The notes under the pieces are model-generated. The model searched no databases. It had not been told where the DNA came from and saw only the letters and a program-made list of their open reading frames with translations. From contig JANWWZ010000003.1 in NCBI GenBank assembly GCA_025057115.1, positions 241,025-305,024 of the forward strand: a stretch of 64,000 nucleotides of DNA. Reading direction: 5' to 3'. The DNA is from Bernardetiaceae bacterium (lineage in GTDB: Bacteria > Bacteroidota > Bacteroidia > Cytophagales > Thermoflexibacteraceae). Below, one piece after another: positions 38,392-48,252 of this stretch (its first letter is position 1; every line of letters begins with the position of its first letter). The position numbers were made by a program, and so were the translations under genes.

Positions 38392-39444
38392 TTATTTAAT
38401 TTGGCATTTGCCCGCCTTCCACTGCGTAATGCCATGGCGGAGGGCTTCAACGGGGTTTCTATAAGTCATGCCATCGCAGCCGCACACGGGGGTCGCTGGA
38501 GTGCTTACATAACTCAAACTTCTCACATCACCAGGATTTTTGACGCACTCCATGTTAGAAAGGATTTCTAAATCATACGCTGCACGTCCAATGAGTTGGC
38601 TGCGAGTGCAAAGGTTGGTTGTATAAGTATAATCGTTATTAGCAGTGGCATAAATGAGATACTCTTCTCCTTTGAAAAATAACCAATCGCAAGAACTAAA
38701 GCCCACTTCCACATAAATATTTCGCTCTTGGAGTACTACTCCTTTCCATAGTTGAATGACATCAAAAATGGCGTATTTTTTTACACCCATGTCAATAAAG
38801 TTAGTAATCTTTCCATGAAAAACGGCATCAGAGCGTTGAAATGCTGTTTGCACAGTTAAGATGGAATCGGTGCATTTGCAAGGGATGTAGTTATCATTGG
38901 CAAAATCGCCTTGCTCGATTCGACCATCGGGGTAAATCATCACTCCTCTACCGTGGCGTTTACCCATTTTCCAATCCCCCATATACTTTGCCCCACTTGC
39001 CCATATGCGAACGCCATAGCCATTAGGTTCATCATTTGTCCAAGTGCCTTCGTGAGAGCCGCCGTCTTTTATGGTAAGTTTTCCTGTTCCGTGTCGTTTA
39101 TCGTTGAGAAATTCGCCGACGTAACGGTCGCCGTTGGGCCAAGTATACACTCCGTAACCATGTCGTTTGCCATTGAGCCACTGTCCTTCATAAGTGGTAC
39201 CATCAGCGCCAGTATAAACGCCGTACCCTTCCATAAGGTCATTGCGCCACATGCCAGTATATTGGCTTCCATCTGCCCAAATGAAGGTTCCTTTTCCATG
39301 TCGCTTGCCTAGGCGGTAATTACCTGCGTATTTCCCTGTGGGCAAAGAATCGGCAGTGTTTTTTTGAGCTATTGCTTGAGGAAAGGTTTGCCCATATAGC
39401 AAGGCTAATACTATAGCAGCATAAGAGAGTTGAGTGATGTTCAT
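38392..39444 (-). CDS. Secreted MORN-repeat protein with C-terminal TIMP/NTR-like CxC domain and Kazal-like motif
   Basis: Signal peptide, then about 6-7 MORN repeats (YxGxWxxGKRHGxG). From aa 189: CKCTDSILTVQTAFQRSDAVFHGKI...FSSCDW...EEYLIYA...TNLCTRS. The C-terminus is PVCGCDGMTYRNP...GKC. Confidence 0.75.
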   Translation of the reverse strand: MNITQLSYAAIVLALLYGQTFPQAIAQKNTADSLPTGKYAGNYRLGKRHGKGTFIWADGSQYTGMWRNDLMEGYGVYTGADGTTYEGQWLNGKRHGYGVYTWPNGDRYVGEFLNDKRHGTGKLTIKDGGSHEGTWTNDEPNGYGVRIWASGAKYMGDWKMGKRHGRGVMIYPDGRIEQGDFANDNYIPCKCTDSILTVQTAFQRSDAVFHGKITNFIDMGVKKYAIFDVIQLWKGVVLQERNIYVEVGFSSCDWLFFKGEEYLIYATANNDYTYTTNLCTRSQLIGRAAYDLEILSNMECVKNPGDVRSLSYVSTPATPVCGCDGMTYRNPVEALRHGITQWKAGKCQIK

Positions 39445-39542
39445 TGTAGTATTCTAATTTAGTTGCGGAGAAACGAATTTAAGGCAACCAAAAGTTTTTT
39501 GCCGCCAAGTTTGCATAACTTTTCCAGCTATAAGGTGATGTT

Positions 39543-40433
39543 ATGGAGGCTGATTTTATCGCCGCATTTGTTTTTCCCGCTATTTTAGCTCTCCTAATGC
39601 TAGGCATGGGGATGACCCTAAGCCCTGCTGATTTTAAAAGAGTGGCTGTATTTCCCAAAGCAGCCCTAACGGGTTTGCTGTGCCAATTGTTGCTATTGCC
39701 TTTGCTGGGCTGGGGTGTTGCCCAAGTTTTGCAACTATCTCCTGTAATTGCAGTGGGCATCATGGTGATTGCTTCTTGTCCTGGAGGGGCTACGTCTAAC
39801 CTAATCACCTATTTTGCTCGCGGTGATGTAGCTCTTTCCATTACTCTTACAGCTCTTTCCAGTGCTATTACAGTATTTACCATTCCTTTAGTCGTTAACT
39901 TTGCCTTGTGGTATTTTACTGGAAAAGGGCAGCAAATCCAGCTACCAATATTAAAAACCATGATGCAAATTATTTTACTCACTGCTTTACCAGTGAGCAT
40001 AGGCATGGCAGTGAATAGCTTTTTCCCGCGCTTTGCACGATGGTTTGAAAGACCTATGAGCTGGATTTCAGCCTTATTTATTCTTTTGGCAATTGTGCTA
40101 ATAGTGGTAGTAATTCAGCAGCGCGGTAGTGTAACGACGTTTTTTGTGCAGGCAGGAACTCCAGTATTGCTTTTAAATCTGCTTTCTCTTTTAGCAGGTT
40201 TTGGAGTGGCAAAATTGGCAAAATTGCCTATCGAGCAAGTCGTTACCATTTCCATAGAAACAGGTATTCAAAATGGCACTTTGGGCATTACTATCGCCTC
40301 GAGTCCTTTTTTGCTCAACCGCCCTGAAATGGCTGTTCCAGCTGCTGTTTATGGCATTACTATGTGCATTACTGGCGTGGCTAGCATTGGCATATTTCGG
40401 CGGGTATTAAGCAAGGAGCAAGGTAATTTTTAG
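39543..40433 (+). CDS. Bile acid:sodium symporter (BASS) family transporter
   Basis: Multi-TM protein with the signature ASCPGGATSNLITYFARGDVALSITLT. Confidence 0.85.
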   Translation: MEADFIAAFVFPAILALLMLGMGMTLSPADFKRVAVFPKAALTGLLCQLLLLPLLGWGVAQVLQLSPVIAVGIMVIASCPGGATSNLITYFARGDVALSITLTALSSAITVFTIPLVVNFALWYFTGKGQQIQLPILKTMMQIILLTALPVSIGMAVNSFFPRFARWFERPMSWISALFILLAIVLIVVVIQQRGSVTTFFVQAGTPVLLLNLLSLLAGFGVAKLAKLPIEQVVTISIETGIQNGTLGITIASSPFLLNRPEMAVPAAVYGITMCITGVASIGIFRRVLSKEQGNF

Positions 40434-41335
40434 TAGATAAAATTATCCACCTTGCGGTAGGCTTCTATCAAAGCGCGCTCTCCTTCCTTGCCAGGCTTGG
40501 AATTGCCGTGTTCCATGCCTAAAATGCCCTTGTAGCCTTTGTTGTAGATGTATCGGAAAACATTTTGGTAGTTAATCTCGCCAGTGGTAGGCTCTTTGCG
40601 CCCAGGATTGTCGCCAATTTGCAAATAAGCAATCTCATCCCAGCAGAGATCCATATTAGCAATGAGTTGTCCTTCATTGCGTTGCATGTGGTAAATATCG
40701 TAGAGGATTTTGCAAGAAGGGCTATTCACTGCTTTGCAAATCATATAGGCTTGGTCTGAAGTGCGCAAAAATAGGTCGGGAGTGTCGCTTAGAGGTTCAA
40801 TAACCATTACTAAACCATGAGGCTCTAAGATGTCTACAGCGCGGCGCAAGGCATCTATCACATTAGCTGTTTGGATTCCCAGCGGCAAACGCCGTTCATA
40901 GTAGCCAGGTATTACGGTCATCCACTTGGCGTTAACGCGCTTTGCTGCAGCTACCGCAGCTTGGCAAGTTTTTAGAAAATTGTCTCTAAATTCTACCTTG
41001 CCAGTAGTAAGAGAAGGCTTCCAGTTATCCCCTCCATCAATGACAAAAACACCCATTTGCATGCCTAGCTTTGCAAGGGTCTCGCCGATTTTAGTCTGGT
41101 CAGAGGCAGGGCGTTGCATGAGTTCATTATCTTCTAACGCTGTAAAACCTTCATCGTACATGAACTTAAGCTGATCTATCAAATTCTTACCCGCATGATG
41201 CTCAAACATGCCAAAATGAGGTGCATAGTTGAGATTAAATCTTTGCCTGCGTTGTTCGCCCAATGCTACTTTAGCCAAGGTGGACAAACCCGAACTAGCT
41301 ACGGCGGTTTTTATTACAAAGTCGCGCCTTTTCAT
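40430..41335 (-). CDS. Tat-exported xylose-isomerase-like TIM-barrel protein (hydroxypyruvate isomerase family)
   Basis: Twin-arginine signal MKRRDFVIKTAVASSGLS. TIM-barrel sugar phosphate isomerase/epimerase-like body. Confidence 0.7.
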   Translation of the reverse strand: MKRRDFVIKTAVASSGLSTLAKVALGEQRRQRFNLNYAPHFGMFEHHAGKNLIDQLKFMYDEGFTALEDNELMQRPASDQTKIGETLAKLGMQMGVFVIDGGDNWKPSLTTGKVEFRDNFLKTCQAAVAAAKRVNAKWMTVIPGYYERRLPLGIQTANVIDALRRAVDILEPHGLVMVIEPLSDTPDLFLRTSDQAYMICKAVNSPSCKILYDIYHMQRNEGQLIANMDLCWDEIAYLQIGDNPGRKEPTTGEINYQNVFRYIYNKGYKGILGMEHGNSKPGKEGERALIEAYRKVDNFIY

Positions 41336-41582
41336 AAGAACAATTTTAATAGCAAAAATACTCTATCGCATCAAGTAATGCCTTCTCATGCTGCAAGATG
41401 AACCATTAAAAGGCAACTCAGCTTAAAAAATTGCCTCAACAGAAATTGTTTGACTTAATTGCTTTGCTTCAAGCTAAATATTGTCCTTGTAGGGAAAAGC
41501 ATGCTTTTACCAGTTAATCAATAGCAGCCCAACTTTTTAGTCAATAGGGCTGTTTGAAAGGATAGCTATTGCTTCTTGCTTT

Positions 41583-42701
41583 ATGCTTTTACTTGCTGAC
41601 TTGCCTGAACAACCTGTATGGACAGCAACACATCTTCTTCATGCAGAGCCTGCTGAGTGGGAAAATTATCCCGAAGCTCATCAAATGGCTTTGCAGTTTA
41701 GTCAAGCGTGGTTAAGGGGTACTAATGCTTTTTGCATCCCTACTTCTGGCTCTACAGGTATTCCCAAGTCAATCAACTTAAGTCGGCAGCAAATAATAGC
41801 TAGCATAAAAGCCAGCACTACGGCATTATGCCTTCAGCAAGGACAAAGCGCACTTGTATGCCTTCACCCGCGTTACATTGCTGGTATAATGATGCTAGCA
41901 CGAGGATGGGAATTAGGTTGGCAAATGTACTTCGTTGCTCCTTCTGCCAATCCACTGGGTTTGTTTGTTCGACAGAGTTGGGCGAAAGGATTTGATTTTT
42001 TAGCTTTAGTGCCACTGCAGTTGCAAAATACTTTGGAAAACGAACCCGAAAAGCAGCTACTTGACCGATGCGGAATAGTTCTTGTGGGAGGGGCAGCATT
42101 AAGTGCAGTGCTAGAGCGCGCTACTAGACAAGTAAAGCCAGCTATATACGCTACCTTTGGCATGACTGAAACTGCTTCTCATATCGCTTTAAGGCGCCTC
42201 AACGGTCCACACCCTGAAGCAGATTACTATTTATTGCCTGGTATAGAAGCCCACGCTGACCAGCGCAGTTGCCTTGTAGTTCGCGGGGAAGTTACACAAC
42301 ACCAGTGGATTGTTACCAACGACGTAGTTCAATTCACTGGCAATAATCGATTTAAATTTTTGGGTCGGGCTGATTGGGTGATTAATTCAGGTGGCGTCAA
42401 AATTTTTCCCGAGCAGATAGAACAGCACATTCACTCTCTTCAACTTTCTTTCCTTAAAGAAAAGCGATTTATTATCGCCTCTTTGCCCGATGAGCGGCTT
42501 GGCAGTTGTGCAGTACTTGCTATTGAAACAGAATCAGTCCCAGATAAAAAAAACTTGCTAGCAGTTTTGCGAAATAAACTGCCGCGCTACCACGCCCCAC
42601 GAGATATTTTTTGTCTGCCGCAGTTTCCCACTACCCCTACCGGAAAAATCTCCAGGAAGGACATACAGCAAATGCTCATTCGACTTAGCCAAAGTAGTTG
42701 A
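41583..42701 (+). CDS. AMP-dependent synthetase/ligase, short form (o-succinylbenzoate-CoA ligase-like)
   Basis: AMP-binding motif TSGSTGIPKS, plus GMTE and a GKI.R.. C-terminal lysine motif. About 370 aa, as in Bacteroidota MenE-like ligases. Substrate not established. Confidence 0.65.
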   Translation: MLLLADLPEQPVWTATHLLHAEPAEWENYPEAHQMALQFSQAWLRGTNAFCIPTSGSTGIPKSINLSRQQIIASIKASTTALCLQQGQSALVCLHPRYIAGIMMLARGWELGWQMYFVAPSANPLGLFVRQSWAKGFDFLALVPLQLQNTLENEPEKQLLDRCGIVLVGGAALSAVLERATRQVKPAIYATFGMTETASHIALRRLNGPHPEADYYLLPGIEAHADQRSCLVVRGEVTQHQWIVTNDVVQFTGNNRFKFLGRADWVINSGGVKIFPEQIEQHIHSLQLSFLKEKRFIIASLPDERLGSCAVLAIETESVPDKKNLLAVLRNKLPRYHAPRDIFCLPQFPTTPTGKISRKDIQQMLIRLSQSS

Positions 42702-42710
42702 GATATCTTT

Positions 42711-42747
42711 AAATAAAACAGCCCGCAACGCTATAGCATGGCGGGCT
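42711..42747 (-). terminator. Hairpin terminator downstream of nqrF
   Basis: 7-bp GC-rich stem AGCCCGC/GCGGGCT (42720-42726 / 42741-42747). On the minus strand it is followed by GUUUUAUUU. Confidence 0.55.
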
Positions 42748-42772
42748 AGGGTGAATTACTATCTAAGTAAAA

Positions 42773-44074
42773 TCATCCTCCAAAGTCGTCAAAGGCTACA
42801 TTTTCGGGAGGAATGCCGAAATCATCGCACATTTTGAGTACTGCTGCATTCATGGCTGGAGGTCCGCAGAAGTAAATTTCGAGCTCTTCGGGTTCGGGAT
42901 GTTTAGAGAGATAATTATCTATAAAAACTTTGTGAATAAAGCCTACAAAGCCATCACCTTCGCCATCGATTCCGTTTTTTACTTTCCAGTTATCCTCTGG
43001 CAAGGGTTCTGAAAGAGCTACGTAATAGCGGAAGTTGGGAAACTCTTTTTCTATTTTGCGAAAATCTTCAGTGTAAAACAGTTCGCGCCTTGAACGTCCT
43101 CCATACCAGTAAGATACTTTGCGTTTGGTCTTCAACGTATGGAACAGATGGAAGATGTGAGAGCGCAAGGGAGCCATGCCTGCACCGCCACCAATGTAGA
43201 CCATTTCGCGATCAGTGTGTTTGATGAAGAACTCTCCGTAGGGACCCGAGATGGTTACTTTGTCACCTGGTTTGCGACTAAAAATGTAAGAAGAACAAAT
43301 ACCTGGATTGACATCCATCCACTTGTTATTGACCTTGTCCCAGGGAGGAGTAGCGATGCGCACATTGAGCATGATGATGTTGCCTTCCGCTGGGTGGTTT
43401 GCCATAGAGTAGGCTCGGAAAATGGGCTCTGTATTTTTCATTTTTAGATCCCACATCTTGTACTTATCCCACTCTGGGCGAAACTTATCTGGACCTGCAG
43501 GGTCGCTAGGATGGGGGCTTATATCTATGTCTTTGAAATCTACTTCAATAGGAGGCACGTCTATTTGGATATATCCTCCAGGCTGGAAGTGCAACGTTTC
43601 TCCTTCGGGAAGTTTTACTACAAACTCCTTGATAAAGGAAGCTACGTTGTAATTAGATACCACTTCGCACTCCCACTTTTTAATGCCGAAGATTTCCTCT
43701 GGAATGCGAATGTGCATGTCTTGCTTTACTTTTACTTGGCAAGCGAGGCGCACTTTTTTCTTTTGTTCAGTGCGGCTTAAGTGCCCTAGCTCAGTAGGTA
43801 ATACATCTCCGCCGCCTTCCTCTACAATGCATTTGCACATAGCACAAGTGCCTCCACCGCCGCAAGCGGAAGGCAAGAAAATTTTTTGGTTAGATAGCGT
43901 AGCCAGCAAAGAAGAGCCTGCTGGTACTACGAGCGGATTGGACTCATTGCCATTGATGACAATTTTTACATTGCCCGACTGTACTAGCTTCTTTTGTGCA
44001 AATAGCAATAACAATACTAATAGGACAATTACTACCGCAAAAGCAAGGATAGAGGCAATAACGATTGTTGTCAT
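42773..44074 (-). CDS. nqrF: Na+-translocating NADH:quinone oxidoreductase subunit F
   Basis: N-terminal TM, 2Fe-2S ferredoxin motif [26 protein letters not shown] block, and FAD/NADH-binding domain. Confidence 0.92.
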   Translation of the reverse strand: MTTIVIASILAFAVVIVLLVLLLLFAQKKLVQSGNVKIVINGNESNPLVVPAGSSLLATLSNQKIFLPSACGGGGTCAMCKCIVEEGGGDVLPTELGHLSRTEQKKKVRLACQVKVKQDMHIRIPEEIFGIKKWECEVVSNYNVASFIKEFVVKLPEGETLHFQPGGYIQIDVPPIEVDFKDIDISPHPSDPAGPDKFRPEWDKYKMWDLKMKNTEPIFRAYSMANHPAEGNIIMLNVRIATPPWDKVNNKWMDVNPGICSSYIFSRKPGDKVTISGPYGEFFIKHTDREMVYIGGGAGMAPLRSHIFHLFHTLKTKRKVSYWYGGRSRRELFYTEDFRKIEKEFPNFRYYVALSEPLPEDNWKVKNGIDGEGDGFVGFIHKVFIDNYLSKHPEPEELEIYFCGPPAMNAAVLKMCDDFGIPPENVAFDDFGG

Positions 44075-44174
44075 TGATACAGTTCAAGATTAAACCTTTA
44101 CAAAGATAGATTGTATGACGAATTTTTAACTGCTTATGCAAGAGCAAAGTTTAAAAGAAAGCACAAATTCCTAT

Positions 44175-44849
44175 CTAATTTTGCGCTAATTCAGCAATGA
44201 CAGTTTTTCCTGCAGTGGTTTTTTGATGCAGTTGGACGGTAATTTTAGCATTTAGAGGTAAAAATACATCCACTCGCGAGCCGAATTTAATAAAACCGAA
44301 TTCCGTGCCTTGCACTACGCGTTGACCTTCTTTGACGTAGCAGCATATTCGGCGTGCAAGCACACCTGCAATTTGGCGCACTAGTATTTCTTTTCCATCT
44401 CTTTGGCGGATAACCACCGTATTGCGCTCATTTTCAGTGCTTGATTTGGGATGCCACGCCACTAAGTAACTCCCTGAATGATAGCGAACATACTTGACCA
44501 CACCAGAGACGGGAACCCGATTTACATGCACATTCAGAGGCGACATAAAAATAGAAATCTGTTTGCGCTTATCTTTAAAATATTCTGATTCTGTAGTTTC
44601 TTCTATTACTACCACTTTGCCGTCAGCGGGAGCTAATACCTTGCCCTCTTGAAGTTGTATCTTTAAGGGCGGATTGCGAAAAAATTGCAACAAGAACAGA
44701 AAAATAATGATACTTGCTACTAGTACAGCATTTTGCAGGACTATCTTTTGAGGTGCTAAATAATATAGCAACATGTTAAGGGTGGTTAATATCAGCAAGG
44801 CGATTAACAAAATGGAGTACCCTTCGCGGTGAATAGTCATAGCGCTCAA
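44175..44849 (-). CDS. psd: Phosphatidylserine decarboxylase (short, membrane-anchored type)
   Basis: N-terminal TM helices and a C-terminal FGSRVD self-cleavage (G-S) motif. Confidence 0.85.
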   Translation of the reverse strand: MSAMTIHREGYSILLIALLILTTLNMLLYYLAPQKIVLQNAVLVASIIIFLFLLQFFRNPPLKIQLQEGKVLAPADGKVVVIEETTESEYFKDKRKQISIFMSPLNVHVNRVPVSGVVKYVRYHSGSYLVAWHPKSSTENERNTVVIRQRDGKEILVRQIAGVLARRICCYVKEGQRVVQGTEFGFIKFGSRVDVFLPLNAKITVQLHQKTTAGKTVIAELAQN

Positions 44850-44862
44850 TGTTTGTGGAAAA

Positions 44863-45855
44863 TTAGTTATTAATTGCCTGCCAGAGCATATCCTTGAGTT
44901 GATTTAATCCTTCTCCCGTAATAGAAGAAATAAACACTGCTGGAACCCCTTGAGGGAGTTCATGACGCATGGCTTCTTTGAGTTCCTCATCTACTAGGTC
45001 GCATTTGGTAATTGCTAACAGGCGTTTTTTGTGCAATAATTCTGGATTGTATTTTTGCAATTCGTTGAGCAGAATTTCGTATTCCCGACTAATATTAAGG
45101 CTATCTACTGGTATCATAAAAAGCAATACAGAGTTACGCTCAATATGCCTTAGAAACCGCAAGCCAAGGCCTTTGCCTTCTGCTGCTCCTTCTATGATAC
45201 CAGGAATATCAGCCACTACAAAGGAACGATCGTCGCGGTAGCGCACCACGCCTAGATTAGGAGTAAGAGTAGTGAAAGGATAGTCAGCAATTTCAGGCTT
45301 AGCTGCTGAGATAACAGAAAGAAGAGTGGACTTACCTGCGTTGGGGAAGCCTACTAGTCCCACATCAGCCAATACTTTAAGCTCAAGTATAATCCACGCT
45401 TCCTGACCAGGCTCACCTGGCTGGGCATAGTGAGGAGCTTGATTAGTAGAGGTGGCAAAGTGCTGGTTTCCCAATCCACCACGTCCCCCTTTGAGCAAAA
45501 TCACCTCTTGACCGTCATAGAGTATTTCGGCTAATTGTTCACCTGTGTCGGCATGGCGCGCTACCGTTCCTATAGGCACTTGGACAATTAAATCCTCCCC
45601 TTGCTTTCCCGTGCAGTTTTTTCCTGCTCCAGGAGCGCCGTTTTCAGCTTTGAGGTGTTTGGTGTATTTTAAATGCAACAAGGTCCACAGTTGGGCGTTG
45701 CCGCGCAAGATGATATGTCCGCCGCGTCCGCCATCGCCGCCATCGGGTCCTCCTTTAGGTACGTACTTTTCACGGCGAAAATGAATAGCACCTGCCCCTC
45801 CAGACCCAGAGCGGCAATATATTTTGACATAGTCTATAAAATTGGGCGAGGACAT
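44863..45855 (-). CDS. obg: GTPase Obg/CgtA
   Basis: Start at [30 protein letters not shown] (Obg fold glycine-rich region). G1 motif GFPNAGKST and G3 motif DIPG. Confidence 0.92.
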   Translation of the reverse strand: MSSPNFIDYVKIYCRSGSGGAGAIHFRREKYVPKGGPDGGDGGRGGHIILRGNAQLWTLLHLKYTKHLKAENGAPGAGKNCTGKQGEDLIVQVPIGTVARHADTGEQLAEILYDGQEVILLKGGRGGLGNQHFATSTNQAPHYAQPGEPGQEAWIILELKVLADVGLVGFPNAGKSTLLSVISAAKPEIADYPFTTLTPNLGVVRYRDDRSFVVADIPGIIEGAAEGKGLGLRFLRHIERNSVLLFMIPVDSLNISREYEILLNELQKYNPELLHKKRLLAITKCDLVDEELKEAMRHELPQGVPAVFISSITGEGLNQLKDMLWQAINN

Positions 45856-45950
45856 TCTTTTTGCCAAAACGGGGCGCAAGTTACGCATTTATGCCTAATT
45901 TCGCGGCGCAAAACTCTTCTCTACAGATAGGACTATTTTTTAAAATTGTC

Positions 45951-46931
45951 ATGACAACTAAGGGACCTGTTTCTCAATTTATTGAAAAACACTACCGCCA
46001 CTTTAATGCGGCGGCACTCCTGGATGCAGCCAAAGGATATGAGGCACATCTAGAAAAAGGCGGTTTAATGATGATAACTCTTGCTGGAGCAATGTCCACT
46101 GCAGAGTTGGGCATTTCTCTGGCAGAAATGATTAGGAGCGGAAAAGTACATGCCATTAGCTGCACGGGAGCTAATTTGGAAGAAGACGTATTTAACCTAG
46201 TAGCGCATAATTTTTACAAGCGTATTCCTCGCTACCGCGACCTTACTCCAGAACAAGAATGGGAGTTAATGGAAAACGGCTTTAACCGCGTCACTGATAC
46301 GTGCATTCCAGAAGGAGAAGCTATTCGCCGGATTGAAAAACACATCTTCCAGCTTTGGAAAGCCGCCAGCGACAAGGGAGAAAGCTATTTACCGCATGAA
46401 TTTTTTTATCAGTTGCTCAAAAGTGGAGTTTTAGAGCAGTATTACCAAATTCCACCGCGGGATTCATGGCTTTTAGCAGCTTGCGAGCGCAATTTGCCTT
46501 TGTTTGTCCCTGGATGGGAAGACTCTACTTTGGGTAATATTTTTGCTTCTTATTGCATTACTGGCGAGCTGAAGCCCACTACTATCAAAAATGGTATAGA
46601 ATACATGACTGCCCTTGCGAAATGGTATATGGATAATCATCAGAAGGGCAGTGGAATTGGATTTTTTCAAATTGGGGGAGGAATTGCTGGCGATTTTCCC
46701 ATTTGTGTAGTGCCTATGCTGCGCCAAGACTTGCAGCGCGAAGACATCAATTTCTGGGCTTACTTCTGCCAGATTTCAGACTCTACTACTAGTTATGGTT
46801 CTTACAGTGGCGCGGTGCCGAATGAAAAAATCTCGTGGGGAAAGTTGCATGTCCATTCGCCTTCTTATGTAATTGAATCAGATGCTACTATTGTGGCGCC
46901 TTTGATCTTCGCCTATGTGTTAGGATTGTAG
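45951..46931 (+). CDS. Deoxyhypusine synthase-like family protein
   Basis: Start at MTTKGPVSQFIEKHYRHFNAAALLDAAKGY... Overall DHS-like sequence with the GGGIAGDF block. Confidence 0.75.
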   Translation: MTTKGPVSQFIEKHYRHFNAAALLDAAKGYEAHLEKGGLMMITLAGAMSTAELGISLAEMIRSGKVHAISCTGANLEEDVFNLVAHNFYKRIPRYRDLTPEQEWELMENGFNRVTDTCIPEGEAIRRIEKHIFQLWKAASDKGESYLPHEFFYQLLKSGVLEQYYQIPPRDSWLLAACERNLPLFVPGWEDSTLGNIFASYCITGELKPTTIKNGIEYMTALAKWYMDNHQKGSGIGFFQIGGGIAGDFPICVVPMLRQDLQREDINFWAYFCQISDSTTSYGSYSGAVPNEKISWGKLHVHSPSYVIESDATIVAPLIFAYVLGL

Positions 46932-46940
46932 CCTTAGGAG

Positions 46941-46981
46941 AGGCAAACATCTTGTTTGAGAGAAAAACGAGGTGTTTGCCT
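46941..46981 (+). terminator. Long stem-loop downstream of the DHS-like gene
   Basis: AGGCAAACAUCUUG / CGAGGUGUUUGCCU, a 14-bp stem including 2 G-U pairs with a 13-nt loop. It starts 10 nt after the stop codon. The T-tract is weak. Confidence 0.45.
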
Positions 46982-47082
46982 ACATGTTGTTGTTAGAATT
47001 GTAAACCAGCATCTTGTTCGACTGATAAAGCAAAACTCTCCCGCCTGAAGAAAGCCAGATAATCTACTGTGAGCTTTACACG

Positions 47083-47165
47083 TGCCTGGGAGAGGATTCG
47101 AACCTCCACGCCAGCGCGGCGCCGCCACCTGAAGACGGTGCGTCTACCAATTTCGCCACCCAGGC
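47083..47165 (-). tRNA. tRNA-Leu (anticodon CAG), type II with long variable arm
   Basis: Reverse complement GCCTGGGTGGCGAAATTGGTAGACGCACCGTCTTCAGGTGGCGGCGCCGCGCTGGCGTGGAGGTTCGAATCCTCTCCCAGGCA. It folds with a 7-bp acceptor stem, a D arm, an anticodon stem CCGTC/GGCGG with loop TTCAGGT, a variable arm and a T arm GGAGG-TTCGAAT-CCTCT. CCA is not encoded. Confidence 0.92.
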
Positions 47166-47174
47166 ATATTGCTT

Positions 47175-47182
47175 CAAAATTA
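47175..47182 (-). promoter_or_regulatory. Candidate -7 promoter box (TAATTTTG) for tRNA-Leu
   Basis: Plus-strand CAAAATTA, with 9 nt between the box and the mature tRNA 5' end. Confidence 0.35.
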
Positions 47183-47271
47183 CATCATCTTAGTTAAATT
47201 CCAATTGCCTTCCCCTGAAAAATTAAACTTCAGCTGTCCTACGGTAATAACTAAATATTTTCAAAATCCAA

Positions 47272-47279
47272 TAGCTTTG
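47272..47279 (+). promoter_or_regulatory. Candidate -7 promoter box (TAGCTTTG)
   Basis: TAnnTTTG match 28 nt upstream of the ATG at 47308. Confidence 0.35.
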
Positions 47280-47307
47280 CCAAAAAAGAACATCTACCGC
47301 ACCTTTT

Positions 47308-48252
47308 ATGAGAGTATTACTCACTTGCCCACCTATGATTGGGCAAATACGGGAGTTTCAACACTTGTTTGCAAAAGCTGGTGTAGAGGTTTTTATCCCC
47401 GAGTTTATACAAACTTTGCCAGAAGAAAAACTACTTGAACTAGTACCAAAATTCGATGGATGGATTATTGGCGATGACCCTGTAACAGAGCGAGTTCTTG
47501 TGGCAGGAAAGGCAGGTAAGCTCAAAGCTTGCGTAAAATGGGGCATCGGAATGGATAATGTGGACCTTGCGGCTTGTAAAAAATTAGGCATTCCCATTTC
47601 TAATACACCTTACATGTTTGGAAATGAAGTAGCAGATCTTGCTATTTCTTACCTATTAGCTTTGGCACGGCATACTTTTATTATTCACAAGGGAGTTTTA
47701 GAAGGCAAGTGGCCCAAGCCAGCTGGCATCAGTTTGCAGGGGAAAACAGTGGCTATTCTAGGCTATGGCGATATAGGTATGCATGTGGCTAAGCGGCTCG
47801 TTGCTTTTGATGTACAAGTTGTGGCCTATGACCCTTATACCCGTTTTCGGGATAAAATACAAGGCGTTGAATTCCAAAGTTTTCCTAATGGGCTTTCCTA
47901 TGCTGATTTTTTAGTTATCACTTGTGCTCTCACTCCAGAAACTTATCACTTGATTAATGCCAATATTTTGTCATTGGTTAAACACGGCATTCGAATTGTC
48001 AATGTATCGCGTGGGGCAGTGATTGACGAGCAAGCTTTAGTGGAAGCTCTGGAGAGCGGAAAAGTAGCCGCTGCGGCTTTAGAGGTATTTGAGCGAGAAC
48101 CTTTGCCATTGGACTCCCCCCTTCGCAGATTTGAACAGTGCATTTTTGGTACGCATAATGGTTCTAATACAGTGGAAGCAGTTCATCGGGCAAGTATAAA
48201 AGCCATAGAGTTGCTGTTTGGGTTTTTGGAAGTCAAAGAAGTAACTTTATGA
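47308..48252 (+). CDS. D-isomer-specific 2-hydroxyacid dehydrogenase (phosphoglycerate dehydrogenase-like)
   Basis: NAD motif GKTVAILGYGDIGMHVAKRL, plus catalytic-domain blocks (VNVSRG, HNGS). Confidence 0.85.
   Translation: MRVLLTCPPMIGQIREFQHLFAKAGVEVFIPEFIQTLPEEKLLELVPKFDGWIIGDDPVTERVLVAGKAGKLKACVKWGIGMDNVDLAACKKLGIPISNTPYMFGNEVADLAISYLLALARHTFIIHKGVLEGKWPKPAGISLQGKTVAILGYGDIGMHVAKRLVAFDVQVVAYDPYTRFRDKIQGVEFQSFPNGLSYADFLVITCALTPETYHLINANILSLVKHGIRIVNVSRGAVIDEQALVEALESGKVAAAALEVFEREPLPLDSPLRRFEQCIFGTHNGSNTVEAVHRASIKAIELLFGFLEVKEVTL

Noticed and set aside
39479-39808. 109-aa minus-strand ORF overlapping the start of the BASS transporter gene
   Set aside because: It is antisense to a well-supported transporter gene with a family signature. 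It has no motif and implausible composition.
46934-47128. 64-aa minus-strand ORF
   Set aside because: It overlaps the tRNA-Leu gene and the terminator stem-loop, so it is an artefact of structured, GC-rich RNA sequence.
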